This document shows positions 26,339 through 40,239 of a stretch of DNA of 64,000 nucleotides, one piece after another. Each line of letters begins with the position of its first letter. The first letter of the stretch is position 1. The position numbers were made by a program, and so were the translations under genes. The notes beneath the pieces are model-generated. The model saw nothing but the letters and a program-made list of their open reading frames with translations. It was not told the origin of the DNA and searched no databases. This DNA comes from the human T2T-CHM13v2.0 reference genome, Homo sapiens. Location: the NCBI RefSeq assembly GCF_009914755.1, contig NC_060931.1. One strand, given 5' to 3'.

Positions 26339-26709
26339 ACACTTCTAATATGAGATATGTTAGCGCTGTAACATGAAATGTAAATCAAAAGATAGCCTGA
26401 GGAACCAAGCACTTGAACTGGTATTGGTACCAGATTTGCCATCCACAGATGGTAAATATCAGATTTTGATATTATAGGAAAATCTGCTAAATCATTGGTG
26501 TGTGCCATTCTCCCTGCTAGAGAGCTCAGAGGCTAGTCATGAAGGCAGATGTATAGTAAACACATGATTTTGCCACTGTCTGCCAAAAGTTAGTAATGCC
26601 ACCTGGGCATGATGAACTTGTTTGAGGACGCTTTCATTTTGGCTGCACATCCTTGAGGATCTGTCTAAGCAACCTTAAACTCCGGAGCAATATTTCATCA
26701 ATCCAGGAT

Positions 26710-26825
26710 GAAATTCAGTTGTGATGATGGCTGCATAACTCCATCAACTTACTTTTAAAATACTGAATCGTACACTTAAAATGGAAGAAGCTTATTGTAT
26801 GTAAAATATGCCCCATAAACATTAA
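26710..26825 (+). mobile_element. L1M 3' end fragment
   Basis: gtgatgatggctgcataact...actgaatcgtacacttaaaatgg...ttattgtatgtaaaatat. Confidence 0.7.
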
Positions 26826-26984
26826 CAATGTTTGTAATAAGCAATAAATATTGTTAAATAAACAAAATATAAATAAATAGCCAATGTAATTTCCTCAGAT
26901 ATTTTGACAACTGCTTTGAATTAACTTCCTGCCCAACACATATATTTATATTATGAATATATATGCCATTAATGTGGCTTCTCA

Positions 26985-27371
<387 letters not shown>

Positions 27372-28342
27372 TCAGCTATTTTGACATATGTATATATACA
27401 CACATATATATATCCTATTTTTTACATATAATTAACTATTTTTAAATCAAGATAAACATTTGTTTGCTCTTATGTCCAACTGAACACAGAATACATTTTA
27501 AAACCAAAAATACATTTTAGATCTAGACAGTATATCAATAAGGATGAATATTTCCTGATCAATCATTGGGAAAGAATGAAAATAAGAATAACTTTATAAA
27601 TGATCACAGAAAGAATGTCATAACCATACCCTTAAGAATAATTGTCTGATATTCTGATAAAATTATATACACAAGTTTCTCTCATAGGAAGATAGTACTT
27701 AATGCTTTAAGAATTAAATTCTTCATATATTATATGGCTATTTTCCTATCGTTGGTGCCTTACTTAGAGTGGGGGGAAAAGCCTTGATTCATTTTAGCAT
27801 AACTACTAAATTTTTCACTGAAAGATAACTATCCTTCTTCCTTTAATGTAACTTCTATTTTCACTGGTTTGAATAATGACCATAAATCTTTAAATAGATA
27901 CCTTACAAAAGCCAGTTATCATTCTTTCAAGCTCTATGATCCTTGCCAGTGTATCTAAAACTGGTTCAGACTCAAAAGTAACTTCCCACAGAAAATTGCT
28001 GCTTTTCTTGAGGTTTAGGGAATGAATCTACTCTTAAATACTATTTAATCTGTAATGTAAGGAAGCCACTCTCTTTCTAGGCAATTAAAGGGAGACAAAT
28101 GGTGAACATCTAGAACCGTCCATTTGTATCTAATTATTCTTTTTATTATAATAAAGTTCAACAGAAATGCTTTCAAAGGCTTGAGACGACAAAATCATTT
28201 ATTCCTACTATTTGGTGTTGTTCTTATGCACTTAATTTTATGCACAATGGTCCCATAATTATTCTGAGGGGGGAGGATAACTGCTAATTTCCATAATTTC
28301 CAATTATTATTTGATCCTCACAGTAATTCTTTAAGCCAGGTA

Positions 28343-28632
28343 TATTATTATTATTAATTATTAGAGATAGAGTCTCTATCACCCAGGCTGGAGTGCAGTG
28401 GTGTGATCATAGCTCCACTGTACCTCCTGGGTACAAACTATCCTCCTGCCTCAGCCTTCCAACTAGCTAGGACTGCAGACATGTGCCACTACGCTCAGCT
28501 AAATTTTTTTCTTAAAGACAAGGTCTCACTATGTTGCCCAGGCCTGGTCCTGAACTCCCTGGCCTCAAGCAATCCTCCCTCCTTGGACTGCCAAAGTGCT
28601 GGGATTACAGGTATGAGCCACCACACCCGGCC
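28343..28632 (-). mobile_element. AluJ SINE inserted in a MIR
   Basis: gtgatcatagctc, ctcactatgttgcccagg, ctcaagcaatcctcc; degenerate TSD ttaagc..gg.atattatta. Confidence 0.92.
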
Positions 28633-28780
28633 TTAAGCAGGGCATATTATTATATCCTTTCAATAGTTTGAGAAACTGAATCTTAATGAGGTTAAATATC
28701 TTGGCCAAGTTTATTAGGCCAGTGAGTAGCAGGGACAGAATTCAAACCCAGGACTGATTCTAAAGTCAGAGTTAACTGCT
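28633..28780 (-). mobile_element. MIR (remainder; the other piece is at about 28300-28342)
   Basis: gagaaactgaatcttaatgaggttaaatatcttggccaag...gaattcaaacccaggactgattctaaag. Confidence 0.8.
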
Positions 28781-31464
28781 TGCCAGTCGAGTAAGAAAAG
28801 CTGAAAACCAAAGAATCTGACACAAAACTCTGGTCTGGGGGAAGCTTTCCAAAGGACAGAATCAGACCAACCCCAAGTTTGTGTTGACTCTGAAGAATTG
28901 AGTTACCCTGAGGCCTAGATGTAAATATTATGCCAGAAGATACTGGCTCGTGGGAAAAGCTGCCCCAAGGACTTACTGGAAGGAGTACTCTCCAGGGAGA
29001 AGACGTAGGTTTGCGAATTTCAGCCTAAGACAGAATCTGGTTATGGCTAACAAAAGTTGTGACCTGTCACTTATGGAAAATTATAAATTGATATTTGCTT
29101 CTAACCACTTTAGCTGGGTTACTTTAATAAGACCATTATGATGCTCACAGATGGCCAGTTGCCTCACTGATCATCTCAAATGCAAAGAGTGGCTCATACA
29201 ATTTGGAAAGGACAAAGACCAAGCTGAACAGTAAGTTTTGGCTGGAAACACCCTAAACATTTTCTAGGAGCGCTTTCTTCCTGCTGGCAGAAGAAAACAA
29301 ATCTACTTGGTTATTATAAGATGTTTCATTTTCTTCTTTTTACCCCCAAAGAAAAATATGCTTTCCTGAGAAATCTGAAATTATAAGGTGCTCTTTTAGA
29401 TATTGCCACATAATTTACACTTCTGGCAAAGATTCTCCCCGCAGCCACTTGGGATGCATTCTCATTCAGCACACTGGCACTGTTATGTACTTTTGATAAA
29501 GGTCTTATTCACTGGAATGACCATGGTAACCCACTGTCCTTCGATTGTCCCCACTGGACTATTTGTTGGGTGGCTTGAATTGTTAAGTGATTGGATGACC
29601 CTGTTCCCCACAAAGCCCGTTAGGTGGAGATGAAGCACAGATGAGTCCATTTAAGGGCTCATCAAGGTCTGGCAAGACTGGAGCTGGGTAGCTCTCCTTG
29701 CCTTGGCCAGGACCTCCAAAGCTTTCTGTTTCCACATTGAAACTTGGCCAATCTTGTCAGCTCAGTGACAATGAAAAAAAAAATGAAACTTGGTTAATAG
29801 GATTATATGATTTGGGGAGTAGAATGTTGTTACAGATGATTTATTTTGAAAGCTGATTTCACTCTAGCGAAAACAAGCTCAACCCATTACACCAGAGACT
29901 GTGGTGCCAAACACAATCATTTCCAGTTTGAAAGATGTGATTGCTTTTTAATGTGGAAATTTCACAAGGTTACAAAAAGGAAAAAAATTAAACTCCTTTC
30001 ATATAACAAAGTCACTTTGGAATATGGGTTGCAATGCACTGACAATGTCCAGACACCCTTACCACCTCTTACCACATCACAAGTCAGAAAGGTGGATCAG
30101 TTTGATTTACACCATTTCTTGGTTGTGTTTTTCTCATGCCTTTGAAATAGCCTAATAGTTTTTCACCAAAATAAATAGTAATATATGTTCAATACTGGAA
30201 GTATGCATGGTCAGGCAAGGACAGGAGAGATAGAGGAGATAATCCAGGTAAAGAAACCTCCTCTGCAGGCTTGTGCTTGCATGTGTGTGTATGCATATGT
30301 GTTTGAATTGTCCTCCACCAAAATGACCTCATTTGCTTTCTCAGGTTTGACCAGACCAGTAGCCTGTTTTTTTAGTTGGTTCCAGTTTGTACAACCTGGG
30401 TTCACTAGGTTCTGTACCACCTTCTTCCTCCCCAATCCCATACCTTTGAGAGACTTTGATAGAAGTAAAGACCCATCAAAAAAATTTTTAAAGTGATCAT
30501 AGAATATGGCTGAGATTATCAAAATGGTGACAGTTAGGTTTTGGTTCTGCCGTATTTCATCAGATCTTAAAACTCTTTGCTAGTCTGTAATCCAGAGTGA
30601 AATTCTTAGAAAAGAATCAGTGGCAGAAAGTGTTTCTACTGGCAAAAATCACCAAATTGAGAAAGATCAAAAATTTAAGCTGTTTTGAAGAGAATTGGAT
30701 ATTTTTCATTTCTGCATCCTTAAATTAGGCCTTCATCCATAGCTGTGGATGATGATTCTAGGGGGTTGAGGGGGAAATACGGCAATGACAGTGTAGCAGC
30801 ATTTTTCAGAACCTGGGATAAAAATGACACATACACCATGAAACCTTTTTGTCCTTCCAGTAATTGTTTTGTTTTGTTTTGTTTTTTTGCCTGTGAATTT
30901 TGAATACATGTCATCCTGTTCTTTTGTGACTGACAGGAAGAAAGCAGGTGAAGAAACTCTATGATTGCAGGGCTCCTTGCAGAAGCTTGGCCGACAAAAT
31001 TATTATTGCATCTGCTGGACCCAGCACAAAAGGACAGAAGTCCAAGTAAAATTAAAGGATCCAGGAAACTGGAAAGGAAAAGTGCTTGCCTTTTTTAAGG
31101 TGAAATTTGAGCAAAATGAGTTGGGAATCAGAAAAATAAGCAAAACGAGATTAGAACATCCAGTTTTCAGTTTAAGCCATTCCTAGTTAGCTCCTGGGTG
31201 TTCACACTTACTCCACCATGCATTGAGCACTCAGACCAACCCAGAACTCCTAGATCACCCAAGTCTAATGTAGTGAGTATACATTTTCTTTCTCTTTCCT
31301 TTTTAGATTATTCCTTTTCTGTTCATTGTCACTTCAGTTATCATATTGGAATATTGACCCTGATTATTATGCTTCTTAGCATCAATTCACAAAAGAAGAA
31401 GACAGGCACTATAAAATAGAATTTGGGATCATATAGATCGATGTCACTGGTGCCTAGAGAAAAG

Positions 31465-31660
31465 GCAACATTTATTGAGTGGCTACATTGTTCCAAACAT
31501 TGCATCTACTTATCTCATTTAATCCTCACAAAAACTTGAGACAGATATTATTATCATACTTTGTGTTGGGAGGAAATTGAGATGCAGAAATTTTAATAGC
31601 CCACAGATTCATCTGATTTATAGCCCCTGCTCATCCCATTAGGCCGTTCTGCCTCCCAAC
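31465..31660 (-). mobile_element. MIR
   Basis: aacatttattgagtggctac...tctcatttaatcctcacaa...gaggaaattgag. Confidence 0.8.
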
Positions 31661-31899
31661 TTCATTTGAAGTAGCAAAAGCCTATTGATTCTACTAGCTG
31701 AGGGATGGGCTTATTTAATGATATGAGCCTAGTTATTTTGCCTTTTAAGATCTCAGGGCCCTTGATTATGTGACTTTGAGAGAAGAGTTTGGAGATCTGC
31801 AGATGAAAGGAAAGTGAAACATTACATTCAGTAGTCAGTTAGATAATGATAAACTGTTATTGGCAATGTAGGTTGGTCCAGCAAGTAAGGCTTTGAGAC

Positions 31900-32150
31900 C
31901 AATAATAATAAAAATATCATCTTACATTTATATTATGTGCACAGGTCTTTGTGCTCTTTCATATATATCTTCACATTTAATCCTCCAACAACCCTGTAAC
32001 TAATCAAGACAGAGATTATTATCCCATTTGATAGGAGAAGAAACTATGAGTTAGAGCGGTTTAAGCAATTTGTTTGTGATCACATGGATAAGCAAAAAAG
32101 AGTCTAAACCCAGCTCCACTTTTCTATCTCTTAAGCCAGTTCTCATTTCT
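31900..32150 (-). mobile_element. MIR
   Basis: catttaatcctccaacaaccctg...attattatcccattt...gaagaaact. Confidence 0.8.
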
Positions 32151-32169
32151 CTATGGTAGAATGTGAGCT

Positions 32170-32510
32170 TTATATCCAACTTAGCACTGGCGTCCTAAGG
32201 AAACTTTGCCACCTCTATCATCCTTCTATTGTGCTGCTTATCATACTGTATTTAAGTTACTGGGTCACTCACCTTCATATCCATCAACTTCAAGCTCCTT
32301 GAAATGAGGGACTTTTTTTCTTTCTTATTGAAAAAAAAACATTTTATTTAAGTTTCTAAATTGACCAGAGTGCAAATTCTTAAATCCTACCATTCAAAAC
32401 TGACAGTTGCCAACAGTTTGATATTTTTTTTCTGTCTTTCATCTCTGTATTCTTAGTACCTAGCATAATGCCTGGCATAGAGTGGATGTCTAATGAATGT
32501 TGGTTACATT
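32170..32510 (+). mobile_element. L2 3' fragment(s)
   Basis: aagctccttgaaatgagggact ... tctgtattcttagtacctagcataatgcctggcatagagtgg. Confidence 0.7.
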
Positions 32511-35439
32511 TAACTGTGGGATCCATAATTATGGGAATGAATTAGAAAATTGGTTACCTAATACAGAAATAATATTTGGTATTTATTTCTTTTATTCCTA
32601 AAGTTGTCATATCTGAGATGTTTCTGAAACATTTATCCATATTTTACTATTTTATGGTAAGATGACAATGGTAATCATAAGAAGGTTTTGGAAAATGACA
32701 TCTCTTGCTATGTGTTTCTTTAAAGGCGAACTATACATGCCCCTATGACAATATCCCCACAATGAATGCCATACTAGGTATGGATTGATGGTTTCTTCAG
32801 TTTTGTTTTGTTTTGTTTTTAATGATTCCTTCTTGAATTTCAGTGGTTGCTAAGACTGCACATCTACACAGGAATAGAAAACTACATGAAACCAGACTCT
32901 AAGCTCAGAGGGCAAGCATGCACACGCACCAGAAATCATGCTATTCCAATCCAAATGAACTAAATCCTTCCGTAACGTGTGGTCAAGGAGTTAAGTTCTA
33001 AAGGAAAATGCAAATAGCCTAAAGTGGAAACCATATACGTCTGCCTCCTTCAGTCTCTAAACCTATGACAGAACTCTGTGGAGAAAGGTGGCAGCAAAGC
33101 ATCTTAATGTTCTCTTAATACTTCACCAAGTAATGATAGCCTCACCAAGTGCTTCGAAGGAACTAGACAGTAAGGGCCAAAGTTTGGGTTTGGAAAAGAG
33201 AGGAAGCAAACTGACTCTGTGGTTTGTTATGAGATCCTGGGAGGAGCTTTGAGTGTTACAAAGAATCTTTCCTTTTCTAACCTATCCAGCCTCCTCCTAC
33301 TCCCTCATGGGTTTTCTTCTTTTTTCATAGAAGCTTGGCAGGCTGGTTAAGAAAGGATAACGGGAGAAAATGACCCCTCGGCTCAGGTATCCTTTGGCCT
33401 ATGACTATGGGCCCAATAGTAGATTGTGAGACTAGGTCTTTTTCATTGAGTCTGTCTTACTGAGAGGAAAAACTGCTTTGTGTGATGACTTTATGGCAAA
33501 TGCTAGCAACAGCTCTGCCCTGCATACTGAAAGAGAGACATTTCTGACCGCAGCTCATGAACCACACTTATTTACTCTGGCACATGCCCACTATTTGTTC
33601 ATAGGCTTTCTGTCTCTACTAAATGCGTTCCAATTTTGGAGGCTAAATCATTGCCAGTAGTTTCCAGGACATTCCGCTAGGCTAAGCAAAATTGCCCTAA
33701 GCGGTAGTCAGAAACCACTGGAGTAGTATTGTAAATACAGACTATTTGCAGAAAATGAAAGATACCGAACATCTTATCTTTTTTTGTGCTGCAGAAATCC
33801 ATGAGTTGTATTTTGCAGAAAGCCATGCAAGGCACTAGCAAGAAACAAGAGGAGGGTACGAGGACTTTCATCCCCACTAGAGCTCAGAAATTGTGCTCAA
33901 AACCACTTTGAAAGTTGGGCACAGCCTAAAACAGTTATAAGGGCATACTATGGCCGTGTTCAGGAGGCATGCTAGAGATTAGGTACAGCCTAACCAATAG
34001 TAGCTTTTTGCTCAGTATGGATTTTTAAATGATCTGAAAACAGTGGAGCAATAATAAGAAGAAAATAAATGGTGGTCCTCATGGGCATCTTTATAACCAT
34101 TTCTGTATTCAGTGACAGCCGTCCCCTCCCAATGTCAGTCATCACCTTGGACTTAAATGATGGCTTAATGGGTCATGTTGAACCACGCTGAGTCTGAGAT
34201 CTAGGATAATTGAGAAATTCTCCATTTGTAATAAAACCTCCCAGCACTATTGAGCTGTGTATTCCATATCTTGTTTCAGGCAGGGACTAAGAAAAGGAGA
34301 TATTACATGATATTGCTTTCCTGTGCATAGCTCTTTCACATGTTTCCTATTAAATTTGTTTCCAACCAAGCGGAGATTTTATTTACACATTGGCTTTAAT
34401 AATAAATAAGTGTGTGCATTATAAATTCAGCAACTTTGGTATCAACTCGCCGATATGATCATGTTTGTGTTTGGAAAAGGGAAGGAAGTTCACTCTGAAA
34501 GCAAATGATCTATCAAAAGGAATAATTTTTTTTGGAGGTGGCTAAGCAGATTCTTGCAAGTACTTACATATTGCATAATACCTCTTGAGACTTATTGAAA
34601 TAAATCTTCTTCATCCTAAGGGCAAAGCAAAATTAAGTTGAAATAAACCACAATTAAAACTCCATGCATTGAGTTAGGAGGGAGAAGGAAGCCTATACAT
34701 ATCTCTATCCATGTGTATTCTGTTAACATTTAAGACATTTTAACTTTGGGTAGTGGACAGCATGAATGGGGACTAGGTAGGAACAAGGCCACCACATCAA
34801 ACTGATAGTGGGGTAGAAGAAACATTTGACACCTCTCGCCTTCTCTGCCCTCTGTCTGTGTTTAATTTTGCTAAATCATTCCCGTCTGGAGATTGTATAT
34901 TTTAATCTGCCTCTCCAAGCAACACAGAGGTACGGTGTCAGGAAGCTTGATCTCAGAGGCAGGCAAAGAGATGCAAAAGCTATAAAGACCCCAAGGCCCA
35001 AGAAAGACAGAAAAGGAACAGGGCGGGGTTGTGCCTAAAATGGCATTAGCCTAAAATTGGCATATGGAGTAACTGGGAAGATGGCACTGGGAGATGTAAC
35101 ATTCTCTCATGGTAAATTTAGGACTTTATCTGTGTTTGTGTTTTTAAAAGTTAATATCCCTTTGAAAGGTCTAAAGATGACTTCCTGGGAAATATAAACT
35201 ACCCTGAAATTTTACTGGAGAAGACATTCCATAGCAACCAACTTCAAAGTGAGCTAGATTTGTCCATCAGAGATACAAAGGTAATAGAAAAGGGGGGAAA
35301 ACTGAAATGTGACAAAAACTAAAATATGTGTTGCTTGTGTGACCATGCATTGAAACATCATGACACGATAGCCCATATCAATAGTCAGTTTAAGAGAAAA
35401 AAATATCGCCCTGTCTGCATATCCTAACACAGCTCCCAA

Positions 35440-35650
35440 ATAAGTCACTTAGATCTGTTTGGGGACAACTTTGAATTCACATGTTCTAGGTATTGGTTTT
35501 AGGTATCATGTCCATATATAGAAAATGGACATGATAATAGTTTCTACCTATAGATTAAATATGAGGCCCAAATGAGAACCAAGCAAATAACGTGCTAAGC
35601 ATGGTACTTGGAACAGACTAGCTACTCAAAAATTATAACAATTATTATCT
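35440..35650 (+). mobile_element. degenerate MIR
   Basis: aaaatggacatgataatagtttctacctatag...tgagg...aaatgaga...gtgctaagcatggtacttggaacag. Confidence 0.6.
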
Positions 35651-36847
35651 AGAAATCTTGCATGATGTGAGAATTTCTTTAATGTAGTGCGATAATGATA
35701 ACTAATAGCTTCCTCCCCAGAAAAGAACAGCCTTGACCCTAATTTATAATTATTTTGTTTATTTCTCATATTTATATTTTATTTCTCATATATATTTTCC
35801 CCTGCTCAGGTTTATTGAGAACTCTATGAATTTAGCCTCATTGCAGCATTGCTCACCACTGTAATAATCCCCTAACAGTATTAGCATTGTGATTTTCATG
35901 AAAACAAACAGCAAATATGGTGTGGGCTCACACACAGATCTGCATTGCAACTCTGAATGGGGAAAAAAACCCTTCTGAATGGCATTTCTTGATGTTTTAA
36001 TCAATATGACCATTTAAAAAGATGATTAAACTATCTATTTATGCTTTTTGCCAATAAAGCAGATGCTGATTATAACAGTTCTGTAACCTCATCACTTTCC
36101 TACAAAAATCCTTGCTTAGTTGCATGTGTCTAGTAGCAATGCCATTCTTCCTTAAAACTTAACAATTATGACTCTAGGTTGTTTTGTTTAAGCATCTTTC
36201 CATATTAATTATTATTTAGTAGTTATAGGAGCAGTAGAGTAGTTAGCTCAAATGAGAGAACAATTAGTAAATGAAGACCAGAGATTTGTGCAGTGGGTGT
36301 GTGTATGTGCATGTGTGCACATGTGTATGCTTAGATGGCACTGGAAATTTTATGCCCTGTGTGCATTTATGCATGTGAAAGACACACATTTACATACAAA
36401 AACCACATAATTATTAAGAATCAACAATGGTGCTCTTGATTCTCACTAGAAATCCTGTAAGTCACATGGGAAGTTTTCCTAAGAGTTTAAGGTTAAATCA
36501 GAGTCCTGTCTAGTCAATAACTCAATGAATATGTTCTGGCTAGGCTATGAAGATATTCAAAAAATATTGGATTAGTAGAACAAAAATGAAACATAAACAG
36601 TGTCAAATCAAAACTGCTGGGGCATTTTTTAAAAGTTCTTTGGCTTGAGTCATTATGTAATCAGAAATAAAGCATTGTTGCTGTTTTCTAAGAGACAGTT
36701 GGAGAGCAGAGTGCAGACTGCATCAGCAACACATCAACACTTAAAACAGGCATGGATTGTGAGATTACATATTACAAGTATGAATCAGCTGCACATACTT
36801 CTGAATCATTTGCCTTTCTGATCTTTTAGGAATAAGCTGTAGTCAAA

Positions 36848-36947
36848 CCACGGGCTGAGGCCAGGAGTGCCTGGGTGAAGGTGCATATACACTATATATA
36901 TATACACTATGCACCCTCACCCAGGCACTCCTGGCCTCAGCCCATGG
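36848..36947. repeat. inverted repeat, 40-bp arms with a 20-nt spacer (38/40 Watson-Crick)
   Basis: left arm 36848-36887 ccacgggctgaggccaggagtgcctgggtgaaggtgcata; right arm 36908-36947 tatgcaccctcacccaggcactcctggcctcagcccatgg. Confidence 0.97.
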
Positions 36948-39789
36948 CGCCAACCCCCAGGGAGGAGAAAGGTGTGTACAGTCCCTAGTCTTCCTGTTGA
37001 CGGAGCAGTCAGGCACATTCTCAGGCTGTCTTGCTCCTTGACAGCACCTCCTCTGTCAGCTGCGATGACACCTGGCTATGCGAAACAGATACTCCGACTC
37101 TCCCAAACTCCACAGTTGGGCCTTCCTTACTCAGAACAGGTAGTTGTCTACGTGCATGATTTTGAGGATGTTTTAAAAATGTTCTTGCCCCCAAAATATT
37201 ACTCCCACCGATTTGAAACATAAGTCCTGGAATTTCACCACTGAAAAATTCACAACTTTAAGTTAAAACACTGCTGTTGTAGAAGCCACTCTTGAAGTAT
37301 AAAGCCCCTACCCTCCACCCCTGCATTAGGAGGAACAATGTATTAAATCGTTTTTACCTTTTCTGCTCTTATTCTAATTAGATTATCAGATCACTTCCTT
37401 TTCCCTTGGAAGGCAGAAATAAATATCCAATGGGAATAGGGCATGATACAGGTAGAATCTGATAAGAAATTTGGCAAACATGAGAAGTGGACAAGGTCCA
37501 CAGCGTATCAGCTCAGGTAAGGGCCACAACGAAGGGACTCTGGGTAACCAGATTACAAAATTACACCTCTGGGTTGGGTAAGTAAGTGGGGAAAGGGGAG
37601 GAGTGGGAGAAGGAGTAGGAGAGAGGAAGAACACTTCCAAAATAGGTAAATGTTGCCAAAGAGCCACTTCCCAGCATTTCCTAAGGCTGGCCCTGCTAGG
37701 GGGTAAACCTTCCAGCAAAATACATCCTAAAAAATGTCACCTTTCCCCAGTGAACACATATCCCACCCCCACTCTCTCCTCTGCCTAGTTCCCATACAGA
37801 AGGCTTACAGTTGCTGTGGCAGCCTCTAAATTTTTCCACGAACCACTCATGGAACAAAAGTATTTACGGAACCTAGAGTTCTTCAACCAAATAATCATAT
37901 GACAGATTTCCCAATTCTGACACCTAAGCCTTGGCCTTGGCACATCAATAAATCCCTTTCATGTTGTTAGCTGGAAGACAGTGAGTAAGTCTCTTGAGAA
38001 TTACAGAGACGTGCACAGGCTACTCAGAGTACCCCTGCCAAAAGAAGATGTAGTGCATTATGGGTAGTTCTTGTCCCTTAGTTAGGAATAGGTCATTATT
38101 TTTAATCAGGGAATACATTTTTCTATCTTATGAAATCTTCACCTTCTTTTGGCAGGCCTTTAGTTTTTTAAGAAAGCTGCATATATTTTTAATATATAAT
38201 ATATATGACCTATTAAGATGATCCCAGTACGATTGGTTTCCTGGAAGACTAGAAGCCTGGTCTATCACTCCACCCTCTCCAACCACCTGATGCCATTACT
38301 TCCAAGTCATGGAACTTCCCTATGCACTCAAGAACTGCAGGGTTCTTTGGGCAATTTCTCAGGCTGTGTTTCATAAACAGGCCCAGAAACTCCTGGAAAT
38401 GGAGCTGTCTCAATTCATATGAAAGAAGCCTCTCCAGAGTTTCTTATACATCTCCTAGGAGAGGCAGGGGAGGTAGGATGAAGGGAGTGGAGTTGATGCC
38501 TAAGATAGGAAAAGACATAATTATTAGGAGAAATTTCCTTTAGCTTTTCAACCCAGTTCCCTAAGTTAAGAAGGGATTTAGGAGTCCAGTTTTCCTGATA
38601 CTTTCTTAGTATTAATAAAAGCATGGAATTTGTTTAAATTAACACTAGAGGAGTATCATTGATATTTCAGCATCTGTCAGTGTCTTATAATGAAGCTATG
38701 TATACCAATAATAATTTTTAATGTACTTTCATTTTAACTAGAGGAGGAGGAAAAAGAGGGAGAAGAAGAAAAACACACTGAAGCTACTCTGTTTCATTCA
38801 ATTTAATTTTTCAAGCAAGCTACAAACAAGGATGAAGTCATTATGCATCTATTATCTCAAACATTCATAATGTTTTACTAAGTATATTATTTATTCTCAC
38901 AGCAACTGTTTCAGGAATGCAAAAACCAGCAGAATTATCTATAGTTCACAGATGAGTTACAAAATAATTAGATAAAAACAATTTAGTTTCCTCACTAGTT
39001 GTTTTGTCTTCATAATTCCACATTATTTAAAAGACTTTCTTTTTTTACATCGAGTTGATTGGGTGCTTCAGTACAATAAGGACACAGCCTTAGATGAAAA
39101 AAATAGTGGTCAATTTTCCAAAATTAAATAATGAAAAAATGGTGGTGCTGCTACTACCATCAGCCAAGAATATAGTTGTAGAAATATCTTATCAGAAATA
39201 TCATTCTACTCATCAACTCAAGAAAACCTTTCTTGTGAACCATACAGATTAAATAGTTTTAACAGAGATTATGTCTAAGAAGGCCACCCAAACTCACCTT
39301 TCAATTACTCATTCCCTTGTAGCAACTTTAGAGACATTAAGTATCTTAGGCCACAAATACATATGTTACATTGAAATTGAGTACATTTGAGTTTTCTATC
39401 CTCTGGGCTAAAATTAGTAGTCAATCACAGACTCTTTCTTCGAGATAATGTTACCAAGGAAAAAATGTCTCTTCAAGATTCTTGTGGATTAGATAGATGA
39501 AATTCTCCCTATACAAGGCTAGTGCCTCTGAACAATTTTGATCCTGACCCAGTAAAAATAATCTCTACATTTGGTCTTTGGAATCTGAGGAGGAAAACTA
39601 AAACAACTGGTCATTACTGAAGGGGGCTTCAATAATTACTTTAATGGGAGAGAGTGATTTTATGTGAAGGTCTTCGTGACAACTCAGGAAGAAACAAGCA
39701 AAAGAAAAACTGTTTTCACAGCTTGTGACAAACCAATACCAATAAATAAGAATGACACCTTGATTGTTTATCCCAGGGACTCTAATACT

Positions 39790-39921
39790 TAGGTTGACCA
39801 TATAATTTATCGTCCAAACCAAGATTCATCAGACAGTGAACAGGGTTGCAATTAACAATTATGCTGGAAAAACAGGTGTAAACCAGGACAGTTCAGGCAT
39901 GCAGGGCTTACAGTTACCTTA
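39790..39921 (+). mobile_element. MER94 (hAT-Blackjack) MITE, full length
   Basis: taggttgaccatataatttatcgtccaaacc ... aacaggtgtaaaccaggac...gttacctta; 8-bp TSD ctaatact / gtaatact. Confidence 0.85.
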
Positions 39922-40239
39922 GTAATACTGGAAAGGGGGATTGATTATAGAAGAACACTGAGATAGGGCAGGTTTCTAATTAATGTTGAATATGAAGGGG
40001 ACATCCATAAGGATTTTAATACATGCTCATTTTAACAGTAGCAGTTAGTGACATCCCAGTTATGCCCTCTTTTTACTGATGATGAAATTGATGAGCTTTA
40101 TCTTGTCAAATGGTAGATTATCTTATATCTCAGGCATATTGGAAGGGACATGGGTTCTTTTTTTAACCCTGGAGATCAGTTATTAGCATAATCATGCCCT
40201 TATGACCTGAACATGAATGCCCTTTCCTTAGAGAATAAC

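Noticed and set aside
30720-30914. Minus ORF containing LKNAAT, also present in SGIP1 as I recall it, after an acceptor-like site
   Set aside because: Only 6 residues match and the flanks are unrelated; chance
33473-33553. Box C/D snoRNA-like layout (GTGATGA ... CTGA ... CTGA with ctgc/gcag ends)
   Set aside because: No C' box, the terminal stem is only 4 bp and offset, there is no clean rRNA guide, and it is antisense to the inferred host; a snoscan/Infernal search would settle it
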